The notes: generated from the sequence alone by a model not told the origin. DNA of 64,000 nt from Balneolaceae bacterium (GCA_007693395.1 REDS01000105.1:12619-76618); one strand, 5' to 3'; positions 30,980 through 40,762 are shown, numbered from the stretch's first letter. A program made the numbers and translations.

Positions 30980-32845
30980 ATGACAGTTATACTCGGTATT
31001 TCTGCTTTTTATCATGATTCAGCAGCAGCACTAGTTGTTGACGGCAACATAATAGCAGCGGCACAGGAAGAACGATTTACCCGCATAAAGCACACGGCAG
31101 AGTTCCCGGTTCATGCGATCAGATATTGCCTGGAGGAGGGTGGATATTCCTTAGACGAACTTGATGCCGTTGTTTTCTACGACAAACCGCTACTTAAATT
31201 TGAGCGCCTGCTCGAAACCTACTACGCCTTTGCGCCAAAAGGGCTCAAATCTTTTGTTAAAGCCATACCAGTCTGGCTTAAGGATAAAATGTTTCTAAAG
31301 AAATTGATTTACGATGGCCTGTATGAGCTCCAGGAGTATGATAAGAAAGCGATGAAACTGCTTTTTACGGAGCATCATCTCTCACACGCAGCAAGTGCAT
31401 TTTATCCGTCGCCATTTGAACATGCCGCTATTCTTACGATAGACGGAGTAGGCGAGTGGGCTACTGCTGCCATTGGAAAAGGTTCTGGCAGGGAAGTCAC
31501 GTTTTTGAAAGAGCTTAGATTTCCGCACAGTGTGGGGCTGCTCTACAGCGCCTTTACATACTATCTGGGGTTTAAAGTAAATTCGGGGGAGTACAAGCTG
31601 ATGGGCCTTGCACCTTACGGAAATCCCCATGATGAACAGACCAAAACATTTATCGGCCATATAAAGAAGTACCTTGTTGACATAAAAGATGATGGTTCTG
31701 TATGGATGGATCAGGATTATTTTCTCTATGCCACCGACCTTCAGATGGCAAATGATAAAAAGTGGGAACAGCTTTTCGGTTTTCCCCGCAGAGGAGAAGG
31801 TGAGAACCTGGAGCAGCAGCACTGCAATCTTGCTTATGCCATTCAACATGTAACGGAAGAAATTTTTCTGAAAATGGCAAGGGAAGCAAAGAGTCTCACC
31901 AATGCAGAAAATCTCTGTCTTGCCGGAGGCGTAGCATTGAACTGTGTGGCAAACGGGCTATTGCAAAGAGATAATATCTTCAAACGTATCTTTATTCAAC
32001 CCGCTGCTGGAGATGCCGGTGGCGCTCTTGGTGCAGCTCTGGCCGCAACCTATATCCACTTTGAGGAAGATCGAAAAGCGACATCAAAAACGGATGCAAT
32101 GGCGGGAGCTTATCTCGGGCCTGCATTTTCACGAAAGGAGATCATGTTGATGTGCCGCAGTGAAAAAGCTGTTTTTAATGAATTCGAACAGAGTGACGAA
32201 ATCATTAACATTGTAGCCAAAGAGCTTGCTGCCGGGAAAGTTGTGGGATGGTTTCAGGGGAGGATGGAGTTTGGCCCGCGCGCTCTGGGCAATAGGAGTA
32301 TTCTTGCAGATGCCAGAAATACCGAGATGCAGAAAAAACTGAACCTCAAGATAAAGTACAGGGAGAGTTTCCGTCCCTTTGCTCCCTCCGTTTTAGCTGC
32401 TGATGCTTCTCACTATTTTGATTTAAACAGTGATTCACCATACATGCTGTTAACAGCCCCGGTTAAACATAAGCTTAGGGCGGTGGTACCGGAAAATTAT
32501 CACCAACTGCCTATGCATGAAAAACTGTATCACCCGCGTGGTGAATTGCAGGCAATAACCCACGTTGATTTTTCTGCGAGAATACAAACAGTTCATAAAG
32601 AAGCGAATCCAATATTTGCGAAGCTGATAGAAACTTTTAAACAGCAAACCGGAACTTCTCTGCTTGTTAATACAAGTTTTAATGTGAGGGGTGAGCCAAT
32701 GGTATGCACCCCAAAAGATGCATGGTACTGTTTTATGAGCACAGAGATGGATCTGCTTATTATTGAGAATTTTCTGTTCTATAAAGAAGATCAGCCCGAT
32801 CACTTAAGCAGACATAAGTGGATAGGTGACGTTACACTGGATTAA
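30980..32845 (+). CDS. Carbamoyltransferase (NodU/CmcH family)
   Basis: 621 aa. ILGISAFYHDSAAALVVDGNIIAAAQEERFTRIKH, HHLSHAASAF, LAGGVALNCVANG, GRMEFGPRALGNRSILAD and VNTSFNVRGEPMV are family hallmarks. Confidence 0.88.
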   Translation: MTVILGISAFYHDSAAALVVDGNIIAAAQEERFTRIKHTAEFPVHAIRYCLEEGGYSLDELDAVVFYDKPLLKFERLLETYYAFAPKGLKSFVKAIPVWLKDKMFLKKLIYDGLYELQEYDKKAMKLLFTEHHLSHAASAFYPSPFEHAAILTIDGVGEWATAAIGKGSGREVTFLKELRFPHSVGLLYSAFTYYLGFKVNSGEYKLMGLAPYGNPHDEQTKTFIGHIKKYLVDIKDDGSVWMDQDYFLYATDLQMANDKKWEQLFGFPRRGEGENLEQQHCNLAYAIQHVTEEIFLKMAREAKSLTNAENLCLAGGVALNCVANGLLQRDNIFKRIFIQPAAGDAGGALGAALAATYIHFEEDRKATSKTDAMAGAYLGPAFSRKEIMLMCRSEKAVFNEFEQSDEIINIVAKELAAGKVVGWFQGRMEFGPRALGNRSILADARNTEMQKKLNLKIKYRESFRPFAPSVLAADASHYFDLNSDSPYMLLTAPVKHKLRAVVPENYHQLPMHEKLYHPRGELQAITHVDFSARIQTVHKEANPIFAKLIETFKQQTGTSLLVNTSFNVRGEPMVCTPKDAWYCFMSTEMDLLIIENFLFYKEDQPDHLSRHKWIGDVTLD

Positions 32846-32867
32846 TTTTCAGATACGAAGTTGGAAT

Positions 32868-32907
32868 AAAAAAAGTCATCAGAAGTAATTCTGATGACTT
32901 TTTTTTG
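32868..32907. terminator. Bidirectional rho-independent terminator between convergent genes
   Basis: AAAAAAA-GTCATCAG-aagtaatt-CTGATGAC-TTTTTTTT is a perfect 8-bp stem flanked by A- and T-runs. Confidence 0.75.
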
Positions 32908-32928
32908 TAGTTACATTCCTGGGGCGGT

Positions 32929-35055
32929 TTAACATCCAAAAATTCCGCAGACAAAATTACCTACATCATCAAAGAAATTGCCGAGAGCACCGGCAATATC
33001 GCTGGAGGAAAAGCCCACTGAACCAAGAATATTCTCAATGGTATTTTTACCGAGGCCAAGTGCACCGCCGAGGAAATCGGTAATCTGGCCGGCAGACCAG
33101 GTGAATGCAGACTTCATGGCGGAAGCAATTTGGTTTGCAGTGTAACCGGCCTGGTTCAAAATAGTGGCAACATCATTACCATCAAGATGTAGTACCGTTC
33201 GAAATGCATTTGCTACGGTTGATGCAGCGAAACCAGCAAAATTAAGATAGTTCGCTATTTCCTGGTTAGAAAGGCGCAGAAAAGTTTTATAAGCACCGGT
33301 TATAGCACTGGCCGTAAACCCGGCACCTTTTAGAGCTTGCGCCACTAAGTCATTGCCAATACCAATACCTGTTTTGAGTCCATCAATAATGTCATCAATC
33401 GGGAAACCGGCATCTCGCATCGCTTCGGCAACTTCAGAGTCGGATATATTATCCAAACCATCTTTCATGCCTTTGGCAACCTGATCGGCAGCAAATCCGG
33501 CACCTTTTAGAACCTGCGCAATTGCCTTATCTGTATAGTTTAGAATAATGGTAAAACCTTGAACGATCTGAGCAGGGGCATAACCTGCAAACTTTAGTAC
33601 ATCCGCAATGGTTTGATCAGCAATATCGAGTACAGTGTTTAGTGCACTTACAACATCCTCAGCTGAGAAGTCGGCAAATTTCAGAGCCTTGGCTATGATA
33701 TCTTCACCAAAACCCAGTGCAGAATCTAATACACCGGTAATTTCATTTACACCAAATTCTGCAAACTTAAGGGCAGCGGCAATGATTTCCGGTGAAGAAT
33801 CAAAAACGGATTGTAAAGATTTTGCAATTTCATCGATGGCAAACTCAGCAGCAGCCAGTGTTTCAGCAACAGCATTTTCCGCTAGGTTAAGTACCTGTTT
33901 GAGGGCTTCCGTTATATCATCAACATCAAATTCTGCAATCTTTAAAGCTAAAGCTATCGTACTTGCATGGGCCTCTAAAAAACTGTCAAAGTACCTTGTG
34001 ATTTCATTTGCCGTGAAATCTGCAAACTTTAATGCAACGGCAAGTACTTCAGGGCCTGCATCAAGAACTACGTGTAAGGTTTGACCGATTTGATCAATGG
34101 TGAAGTCAGCAAATCTTAACGCAGCAGCAATAGCTTTTTCTTCAAGCCCGAGAACTGCTTTGAATGCTGATGTTATTTCATCAAGAGCAAAGCCGGAAAA
34201 ATCAAGTGATTTAGCTATGACTCCCTCTGTAATTTCATAAATTGTATCGAGGGCTTCGGTAACCTGGTTTGCCGTAAACTTAACATCTCTTAAGATTTTG
34301 GCTGTCTCATTGGCTGATTTGTTGTAAATGCCTTTTAGTGCAATAGCTATCTGGTTGGCGTTAAAAGAGTCAATATCCTTAGCCAGTAAACCTGCACTCT
34401 CTTCTGCGGTAAGATTGAACTCTGCTTTAAGCACTTCTGCAATTTGCGGGGCTGTGAATCCCTGTTCATTAAGCGAGCGCACCCTGATTACTGCATCATT
34501 CTCAATCACAAAACGGATTGGCCATGCCCTGTTCATCTGGCCTCTGTTACGCGGCTCAACGAGATGATCAGCAATCACCAAACCGGATATATCAACAATT
34601 ATCCTGAAAGTGGATGGTGCATTGTTGCCTCTGTGCGATGATTGCCATACGGTCATGTATACCCCCTGGCCGTTTATTCGCAAGCGTTGCTGCCCTTGTG
34701 AACGCGAATTAATTTTACTCACTATTTCGCAATTATCACCATTGCCTGCACAAATATTTACAGTGAGTTGATCAATTAGTGAGCGGTCTGCTTCATCCCA
34801 GGATGTATTTCCTTTTTCTATAGGCTCGAGAAGGTGAAATGATTCCGTGAGATAGATACTGTTATCCACGTTTTCTGCGATGAAAGCATTATCTGAGATA
34901 TTATTTGACTGGACGAAATTTTTTGATTGATCTGTTTCGTCGAAATCGATTGAGCTTACCGAATTATCGCAGGCTGTAAACATAAGAGTGCTTAAAGCGG
35001 CAGCAACAACCCAGAAATGCAGTTGCTTTGTGTTTTTATATGTTTTCTGTTTCAT
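32929..35055 (-). CDS. Predicted lipoprotein with an unclassified array of about 16 tandem 29-residue repeats
   Basis: 708 aa. The signal plus lipobox is ...AALSTLMFTAC. An N-terminal domain of about 165 aa is followed from residue 195 by consecutive units such as LKFADFTANEITRYFDSFLEAHASTIALA, LKFAEFGVNEITGVLDSALGFGEDIIAKA and LKGAGFTASAITGAYKTFLRLSNQEIANY. The C-terminus is ...NFVCGIFGC. Confidence 0.7.
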   Translation of the reverse strand: MKQKTYKNTKQLHFWVVAAALSTLMFTACDNSVSSIDFDETDQSKNFVQSNNISDNAFIAENVDNSIYLTESFHLLEPIEKGNTSWDEADRSLIDQLTVNICAGNGDNCEIVSKINSRSQGQQRLRINGQGVYMTVWQSSHRGNNAPSTFRIIVDISGLVIADHLVEPRNRGQMNRAWPIRFVIENDAVIRVRSLNEQGFTAPQIAEVLKAEFNLTAEESAGLLAKDIDSFNANQIAIALKGIYNKSANETAKILRDVKFTANQVTEALDTIYEITEGVIAKSLDFSGFALDEITSAFKAVLGLEEKAIAAALRFADFTIDQIGQTLHVVLDAGPEVLAVALKFADFTANEITRYFDSFLEAHASTIALALKIAEFDVDDITEALKQVLNLAENAVAETLAAAEFAIDEIAKSLQSVFDSSPEIIAAALKFAEFGVNEITGVLDSALGFGEDIIAKALKFADFSAEDVVSALNTVLDIADQTIADVLKFAGYAPAQIVQGFTIILNYTDKAIAQVLKGAGFAADQVAKGMKDGLDNISDSEVAEAMRDAGFPIDDIIDGLKTGIGIGNDLVAQALKGAGFTASAITGAYKTFLRLSNQEIANYLNFAGFAASTVANAFRTVLHLDGNDVATILNQAGYTANQIASAMKSAFTWSAGQITDFLGGALGLGKNTIENILGSVGFSSSDIAGALGNFFDDVGNFVCGIFGC
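33070..34473 (-). repeat. Coding tandem repeat, 87-nt (29-codon) period, about 16 diverged copies
   Basis: Hand alignment of the translated units gives the consensus L-K-F-A-[GDE]-F-x3-[QED]-I-x2-[AG]-L-x3-L-x6-I-A-x-A. Two units are 30-31 aa. The nucleotide copies are diverged. The antisense ORF 33635..34084 shows the same periodicity. Confidence 0.75.
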
Positions 35056-35445
35056 GGCTTGATCTGTTTTTGAATTGAATGACGAAGGTGCTTCTGTATG
35101 GGATCTCCCACAGTGCGAACCTGGGAGTACTTGAATGAAATGTATTTGAAAAGTTTGAATTACAATTATGCCTGCGTTACAAAGTGTTGTTATTATGTTA
35201 CATGAAAGGGGGTTTGTTTGATTTAACCCTTTGTGCTTAAATGAACTGCAGGAATTTTTACTCCAAATAGTGATTCATTGAAAAAAATTGAGATGAGACT
35301 TTTTTTTAATTCACATTTCCGGAATTAAAGGTAGTTGACGTATTAGAAAGTACCTGAGAAGAAGCCGGCAGGAGAGTTGTAATGTAAAAGGTGAGAAAAC
35401 ATGCCGGGTCTTAGAAAATCAATACAAACGATAAATAGTAAAAAG

Positions 35446-38400
35446 ATGAGATTAAAATTGCCTGTAATACTGCTGATATTCATCATGTCGAATACAGTAC
35501 TGATTGCCCAAAACCGCTACATAGCTCCAGGAGGAGCTGATTCCTCAGACTGTTCAGACGATACGTCACCTTGTTTAAGTATTCCGTATGTGTTGGGTCA
35601 GGCGGTCTCTGGAGATATCATTAATCTTGCCCCGGGAGAATATACGGGCTCATTTAGTATTGATCTGGATATAACCATTCAGGGAGCAGATGCATCAAGT
35701 ACGTTTATTCAGGCTGATGAACACAGGGGTGTAGCCACAACAAGGGTAATCATGATTAATGATGCATCTACAGTGGTAAACCTGAATGATGTAACAGTTC
35801 GTCATGGTAATGATACGGTTATTGGTGGTGAGGGTGGAGGGGGTATTTTGAATCGCGGAACATTGATCCTGAACAATTCACACGTACTTAATAATGATTC
35901 AGAGGCCCGTGGTGGTGGTATCTCGGCCACTGAAGACAGTGAAATTACCCTCAACAACACCAGCATTTCAGGGAACTCCTCGGTAAGCGATGGCGGCGGT
36001 ATATGGAGCTCCGGAGCAGTTAAGATAGAGAATGGAAGCATTCTGGCTGATAATACCAGCAGCGCAGCTGCCGGTGGTCTCTACATAAGCGGTACAGCAA
36101 CCATTACGGATAGTTTTATCAATAGTAACTTTGCTCTTAATGGTGCCGGTGGCGGAATCAATCATGCATTTGGCGGAGGGCTTTTAACAATCATAAATAC
36201 TGTAATTAATGATAATCAAAGTAGTAGTGTAGGTGGTGGCATTGCCAGTATTGAACAGATAACAATTACGCAATCACAAATTACAAATAACCGAACTACA
36301 GGGGCAGGCAACGGCGGAGGAATTTATGTATCTAATGTGACTGAGATTACAAACTCGGTGATATCAGGAAATAATTCCGGCAATTCAGGGGGTGGAATTT
36401 CTGTAAGCGGCAGTAGTTCCAACCTCACGCTGGTTGGCTCTCTGGTTACAGGAAATATTGCCAATAACGGTGGTGGAATTGATCATAACGCGGCAGTTTC
36501 ATCTCTTACAAATGTAACCATTGCGGGCAATCAGGCAAGATTTAGCGCTGGCGGAATCGCAAATGTTAACGACAGCAGCCCGGTACTGAGCAATGTGATT
36601 TTATGGGGAAACCGGGCTGAAACTCAGGGTGATCAGATCAACAATTCCTCAACAGGTCTGAACCTGCCGCAAATTTCGTATAGCCTTATTGAGGGTGCAT
36701 TTGCAAGTGGGGGTTGGGATATTGCACTGGGCTCAAATAACGGTAACAACCTTGATACCGACCCTGAATTTACAGCACCGGAAGTAGCATCAGCGGCTCC
36801 GACTGACGGTGGTGATTATACCGCAGACGGCCCCACAAGCCCGGTAATTAATGCCGGACTTACCCCGGTTGATCTATCCATTTTTCCCGGTGGTCCCGGC
36901 GATCCGGTTGACCTTGCCGGTAACCCCCGTGTGGATGGCACTGCCATAGATATGGGCGCCTATGAGTTTGAGGGAGACCTAGAGGTGCCGGGAGCATTCA
37001 TCACCACCTGGCAAACCGATAATCCTGGAGTTTCGAATGACAACCAGATCCGTATTCCTCTGTTTGGAGACGGCTACGATTTTACGGTTCATTGGGGCGA
37101 TGGAAACAGCGAAGATTTTGTATTGAACCCCGGAGCGGTGGCTCATTTTGTGGAACACACCTATGCCGCCGAAGGCATGTATACGGTAACCATTACCGGC
37201 GATTTTCCCTGGATTTATTTCAATAATGGCGGCGATAAAGAGAAAATTCTCACCATAGAGCAGTGGGGAGACATTGAGTGGAGTTCGATGGCGGGTGCTT
37301 TCTGGGGCGCTTCCAATCTTGAGGTAAATGCAACAGATGCACCTGACCTGAGTGGTGTTACCAGCATGAGCTTTATGTTTGCGGGCGCTGCATCCATGAA
37401 CAGCGATCTAAACCACTGGGACGTATCCACCATCACACAAATGATGAGTGTGTTCTTAAATGCTTCATCTTTCAATGGAAACATCGGCAGCTGGAATGTC
37501 TCCAATGTGGAAAATATGTCTGGGTTGTTCCTGAACGCCTCTTCATTTAACCGGGATCTCAATACCTGGGATGTTTCCAAAGTTATGTTTATGAACCAGA
37601 TGTTTGACGGTGCAAGCGTATTTAATGGAAATATCAGTACCTGGCAGGTAGATGAAGTGGTTAACATGGCAGGAATGTTTGCAAATGCCTCGGCTTTTAA
37701 TGGTGATATCAGTTTATGGAATACCGGTAATGTTGAAAACATGTTTGCCATGTTTTTTGGCACGCCTTTTAATCAGAATATTGGTGGGTGGAATACCGAA
37801 AAAGTTACAAACATGCGCCAGATGTTTAGTGCTAATTTTGTTTTCAATCAGGATATCAGCCTTTGGGACACAGGCGAAGTAACAACCATGAGAGAGATGT
37901 TCTCCCTGAACCCGCAATTTAACCAGGATATAAGCGGCTGGAACACCTCAAAAGTAGAAGATATGGATCTGATGTTTTTCAATACCTCTGCTTTTGACCA
38001 GGATCTTGGAGGCTGGGATATTGAAAATGTGACTACAATGAGCCAAATGCTCAATAACTCCGGCCTCTCCACGGCCAACTACGATGCCACACTCACCGGC
38101 TGGGCAGGGCAAGTGGTTCAGCCCAATGTAACTTTGGGAGCAGAAGGCCTGGAATACTGTGCCGAAGCCGCCCGAAATACACTTACAGATGCCCCGAACA
38201 ACTGGACGATAACAGATGCGGGGCTTGCCACTGTTTGTGGACCTCTCGTTGTTGAAGATATCCGAATACTAGCCAGTAATCGAAGCGACTTTGTCTTTTC
38301 TGATACAGGCCAGGACCCGGCCTATTCCTATAAGATTGAAATTTTGCCGGATAGGGGACAATTGCTCTTGGAAGGAGTACCCGTGACGGCCGGTGATGTT

Positions 38401-40104
38401 ATTTCGGTGCCGGATGTGGATGCAGGAAAGCTGATCTGGAGCCATTCAAGTGATGCACATGGTTATAATTACACTGAGTTTGCAGCACGAATTATTGATG
38501 ATGCAGGTATTGAAAGCGATCTGTTTGAAGTGAAAATTGATCTTGCAGCTGCTTCCGTGGACCTGACACACGACGGGGAAGGTTGGCGATTTATGACCAG
38601 CCCGGCAATTGGGGAAACTTTTGCCTCGCTGCTTGGGCCTATTTACACGAAAGGCATTCCCGGCTCAAACGATCCTGCGGCCACGTTCCCGAATGTGTAC
38701 CGGATTGATCAGGCCAATTACGAGTGGGAAGTGCCAGGCCATATGGATGAAGAAATCGGGATTGGTGAAGCGTTCATCGTTTATGTGTTTTCTGATGATG
38801 ATGGTGGTGGTACTCCAGATGGATTTCCAAAAACACTTTTGTCAGGTGAATCCTGGATGGGGATATCTGATGGTTTTGATTTTACCGGATTAGATTATGA
38901 CCCAGATCCTGCAGGTGTAAATCCGGACAATTTTTACTTGATTGCCAACCCGCACCCACTATCTCTCGATTTTTGTCAAATGCTAATCTTTTTGGCATCA
39001 GAAATATCTCCGTCCGCACATTTTTGGGATCCAGCAGCCAATGGAGGAAATGGTGATTATATAGCGGAGACCTGTGTAATGCCACCAGCCATTCGTATTG
39101 CCCCATTTCAGGCGTTTTGGGTTCAAACCTTTTCAGTTAATCCGGAATTGAGTACCGGTATATTTCTTGAAACCATGGAAGATGGGTTTTTTAAAGAAAG
39201 TTCTAATGCATCTATTACGGGTATTGCCAATGTTAACAACGATCAGGAAAACTCCACCCTAATAAGGGGGGGCAGGGGGGTGTCTGACGTCTTTATCGCC
39301 TCCCTTAACGTGCAAAGTGCCGACGGCGTATTTACAAACCAGACGCACCTGCTTTTTTCTGACGAGGGCACACTTGGTATAGACCGTTTTGACGTACCAA
39401 AACTGGATGCATCAGGGCTGGCACAGCGATGGATCTCGTTTCATACACTGGATGAGCACGGTAAAGCCTATGCCTTCAGAAGCCTTCCACTCGAATTTGG
39501 AGATCAGATCAGCCTGCCAATTGATATCCGCACCACGGAGCAGGGTTGGTTCGAGATGGCTTGGAACCTGCCTGAAAACCAGCAAATGATTGGTGATTTC
39601 TGGCTAAGGGATAATCAAACCGGTAATGTTATGGAACTCAGGCATGGGCAATCATATCGGTTTGAATTGGTTGAGGCCATAGAAAAAAGATCTGACAGGT
39701 TTCCTTTGATCAATACCCGGCCTTTAAAGAACGATCGGGAAGCATCCAACGAAAAACCTATAAGATCTGCCGAAACGCGTTTTGAACTGCTGATTACCCG
39801 AGGCGATGTGGATCGCTTATCCCTGCTGGGTGATCTGCCTGACAGGATAAGTTTAGCACAGAATTATCCCAACCCGTTCAATCCCTCAACAGTAATCAGT
39901 TTTGAATTGCCATCATCATCAGAAATACGCCTGGATTTGTTCGATATCACCGGGCGTCATATTGCAACTCTGGCAGAAGGTCAAACTTCAGCAGGGCGCC
40001 ATCAGGTTACGTTCGAAGCGTCCAATTTGTCGAGTGGCGTATATCTTTATCGTCTGCAGGCAGGTCAGGTTGCATTTACCCGTAAGCTGACAATCATTAA
40101 ATAA
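35446..40104 (+). CDS. Giant T9SS-secreted surface protein: right-handed beta-helix region, DUF285/BspA-type repeats, cadherin-like segment, C-terminal T9SS sorting domain
   Basis: ORF 35401..40104. The probable start is MRLKLPVILLIFIMSNTVLIAQ at 35446. Gly/Asn-rich beta-helix rungs (GGGILNRG.., GGGISATE.., GGGIWSSG.., NGGGIYVSN..) span about 35.8-36.6 kb. More than 10 DUF285 units (FNGNIGSWNVSNVENMSGLF, FNRDLNTWDVSKVMFMNQMF, ...) follow. The last ~80 aa, LAQNYPNPFNPSTVISFELP...GVYLYRLQAGQ..TRKLTIIK, form a TIGR04183-like CTD. Confidence 0.85.
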   Translation: MRLKLPVILLIFIMSNTVLIAQNRYIAPGGADSSDCSDDTSPCLSIPYVLGQAVSGDIINLAPGEYTGSFSIDLDITIQGADASSTFIQADEHRGVATTRVIMINDASTVVNLNDVTVRHGNDTVIGGEGGGGILNRGTLILNNSHVLNNDSEARGGGISATEDSEITLNNTSISGNSSVSDGGGIWSSGAVKIENGSILADNTSSAAAGGLYISGTATITDSFINSNFALNGAGGGINHAFGGGLLTIINTVINDNQSSSVGGGIASIEQITITQSQITNNRTTGAGNGGGIYVSNVTEITNSVISGNNSGNSGGGISVSGSSSNLTLVGSLVTGNIANNGGGIDHNAAVSSLTNVTIAGNQARFSAGGIANVNDSSPVLSNVILWGNRAETQGDQINNSSTGLNLPQISYSLIEGAFASGGWDIALGSNNGNNLDTDPEFTAPEVASAAPTDGGDYTADGPTSPVINAGLTPVDLSIFPGGPGDPVDLAGNPRVDGTAIDMGAYEFEGDLEVPGAFITTWQTDNPGVSNDNQIRIPLFGDGYDFTVHWGDGNSEDFVLNPGAVAHFVEHTYAAEGMYTVTITGDFPWIYFNNGGDKEKILTIEQWGDIEWSSMAGAFWGASNLEVNATDAPDLSGVTSMSFMFAGAASMNSDLNHWDVSTITQMMSVFLNASSFNGNIGSWNVSNVENMSGLFLNASSFNRDLNTWDVSKVMFMNQMFDGASVFNGNISTWQVDEVVNMAGMFANASAFNGDISLWNTGNVENMFAMFFGTPFNQNIGGWNTEKVTNMRQMFSANFVFNQDISLWDTGEVTTMREMFSLNPQFNQDISGWNTSKVEDMDLMFFNTSAFDQDLGGWDIENVTTMSQMLNNSGLSTANYDATLTGWAGQVVQPNVTLGAEGLEYCAEAARNTLTDAPNNWTITDAGLATVCGPLVVEDIRILASNRSDFVFSDTGQDPAYSYKIEILPDRGQLLLEGVPVTAGDVISVPDVDAGKLIWSHSSDAHGYNYTEFAARIIDDAGIESDLFEVKIDLAAASVDLTHDGEGWRFMTSPAIGETFASLLGPIYTKGIPGSNDPAATFPNVYRIDQANYEWEVPGHMDEEIGIGEAFIVYVFSDDDGGGTPDGFPKTLLSGESWMGISDGFDFTGLDYDPDPAGVNPDNFYLIANPHPLSLDFCQMLIFLASEISPSAHFWDPAANGGNGDYIAETCVMPPAIRIAPFQAFWVQTFSVNPELSTGIFLETMEDGFFKESSNASITGIANVNNDQENSTLIRGGRGVSDVFIASLNVQSADGVFTNQTHLLFSDEGTLGIDRFDVPKLDASGLAQRWISFHTLDEHGKAYAFRSLPLEFGDQISLPIDIRTTEQGWFEMAWNLPENQQMIGDFWLRDNQTGNVMELRHGQSYRFELVEAIEKRSDRFPLINTRPLKNDREASNEKPIRSAETRFELLITRGDVDRLSLLGDLPDRISLAQNYPNPFNPSTVISFELPSSSEIRLDLFDITGRHIATLAEGQTSAGRHQVTFEASNLSSGVYLYRLQAGQVAFTRKLTIIK
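37290..38100 (+). repeat. Coding tandem repeats of DUF285 / BspA-like leucine-rich type (about 25-26 aa period)
   Basis: The pattern F-x-x-A-x-x-F-N-x-[DN]-[IL]-x-x-W-[DN]-[VT]-x-x-V-x-x-M-x-x-M-F recurs. It also generates the long antisense shadow ORFs at 37215..37763, 37714..37917 and 37848..38078. Confidence 0.8.
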
Positions 40105-40132
40105 GAAAACATATAAATTGGACATAACGCGT

Positions 40133-40243
40133 ATGGAAAACCAAGAAAAATCAAAATTAGAGTGGGTCAGCCCTGAAATTATTGATATCCCAATAACTGA
40201 AACCGAACAACTTTTGCCTCCGGAAGAACCGTTGCAAAGCTAA
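40133..40243 (+). CDS. Possible 36-aa acidic small ORF (not in the ORF track)
   Basis: ATG 40133 to TAA 40241..40243 encodes MENQEKSKLEWVSPEIIDIPITETEQLLPPEEPLQS. It lies 29 nt after the adhesin stop and 11 nt before the next ORF. There is no independent support for expression. Confidence 0.25.
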   Translation: MENQEKSKLEWVSPEIIDIPITETEQLLPPEEPLQS

Positions 40244-40254
40244 AATTCAAAAAG

Positions 40255-40716
40255 ATGATAGGAATATTGAATTTTTTTAGTCGAAAAAAAGAAACATGCT
40301 GTAAGGCGAAGACCAAAATTTTTCATTTTATGACAGACCGAAAAATTGGGCCAAACCAGGGGATAAGTATTCCACCATACAAAAAAACAGATGGATATCG
40401 CTTCTTGAATATTACTGTGAAATTTTCACAAGAAGATGCTAACGAAGCCCCTGTGAATTTAGGTGTAACGTTTGCTTATGATAGCAACGGTGTGATGCTT
40501 TCAAGGAGATATGTAAATCTTACCGAAAACCTGAGTGCACAACAGGATACAAACTTTATCGATGTTTCAGGTTCTAATACCTGGCATGGAAGCCAGCAAA
40601 AAGAAAGTTCTTATACTGTACGATTGCCAATTATGGGTCCCTATGTACAGGTGTTTCCATATAATCGCGCTGCCGAAGAGAGGATTGTCTCAATTTGGGG
40701 ATATCTGGTTTCGTAA
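40255..40716 (+). CDS. Hypothetical protein (no recognisable family)
   Basis: 153-aa ORF. An alternative start is MTDRKIGPNQG at 40330. The sequence looks beta-rich and ends ...RIVSIWGYLVS. I recognise no motif. Confidence 0.45.
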   Translation: MIGILNFFSRKKETCCKAKTKIFHFMTDRKIGPNQGISIPPYKKTDGYRFLNITVKFSQEDANEAPVNLGVTFAYDSNGVMLSRRYVNLTENLSAQQDTNFIDVSGSNTWHGSQQKESSYTVRLPIMGPYVQVFPYNRAAEERIVSIWGYLVS

Positions 40717-40762
40717 CCAGCATGCAACACATGCAATTTCAAATTAATAAAAACAGTTAACC

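Noticed and set aside
33635-34084. 149-aa plus-strand ORF with its own internal periodicity (similar antisense ORFs occur at 37215..38078 in the adhesin)
   Set aside because: The periodicity only mirrors the tandem coding repeats on the opposite strand. The sense-strand proteins have signal peptides and coherent repeat consensus, and the antisense ones do not.
32929-35055. TALE-like or MOrTL-like DNA-binding repeat protein
   Set aside because: The unit length is 29 aa, not 33-35. No hypervariable di-residue position is evident in the alignment. The protein has a lipoprotein signal, so it is extracytoplasmic.
40133-40243. The 36-aa ORF as a lasso-peptide, PQQ-like or other RiPP precursor
   Set aside because: The WxxPxI leader-like motif is suggestive. 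However, the window has no lasso cyclase, leader peptidase, RRE protein, radical-SAM/SPASM maturase or dedicated exporter nearby. The putative core also does not start with Gly, Ala, Ser or Cys. I kept it only as an unexplained small ORF.
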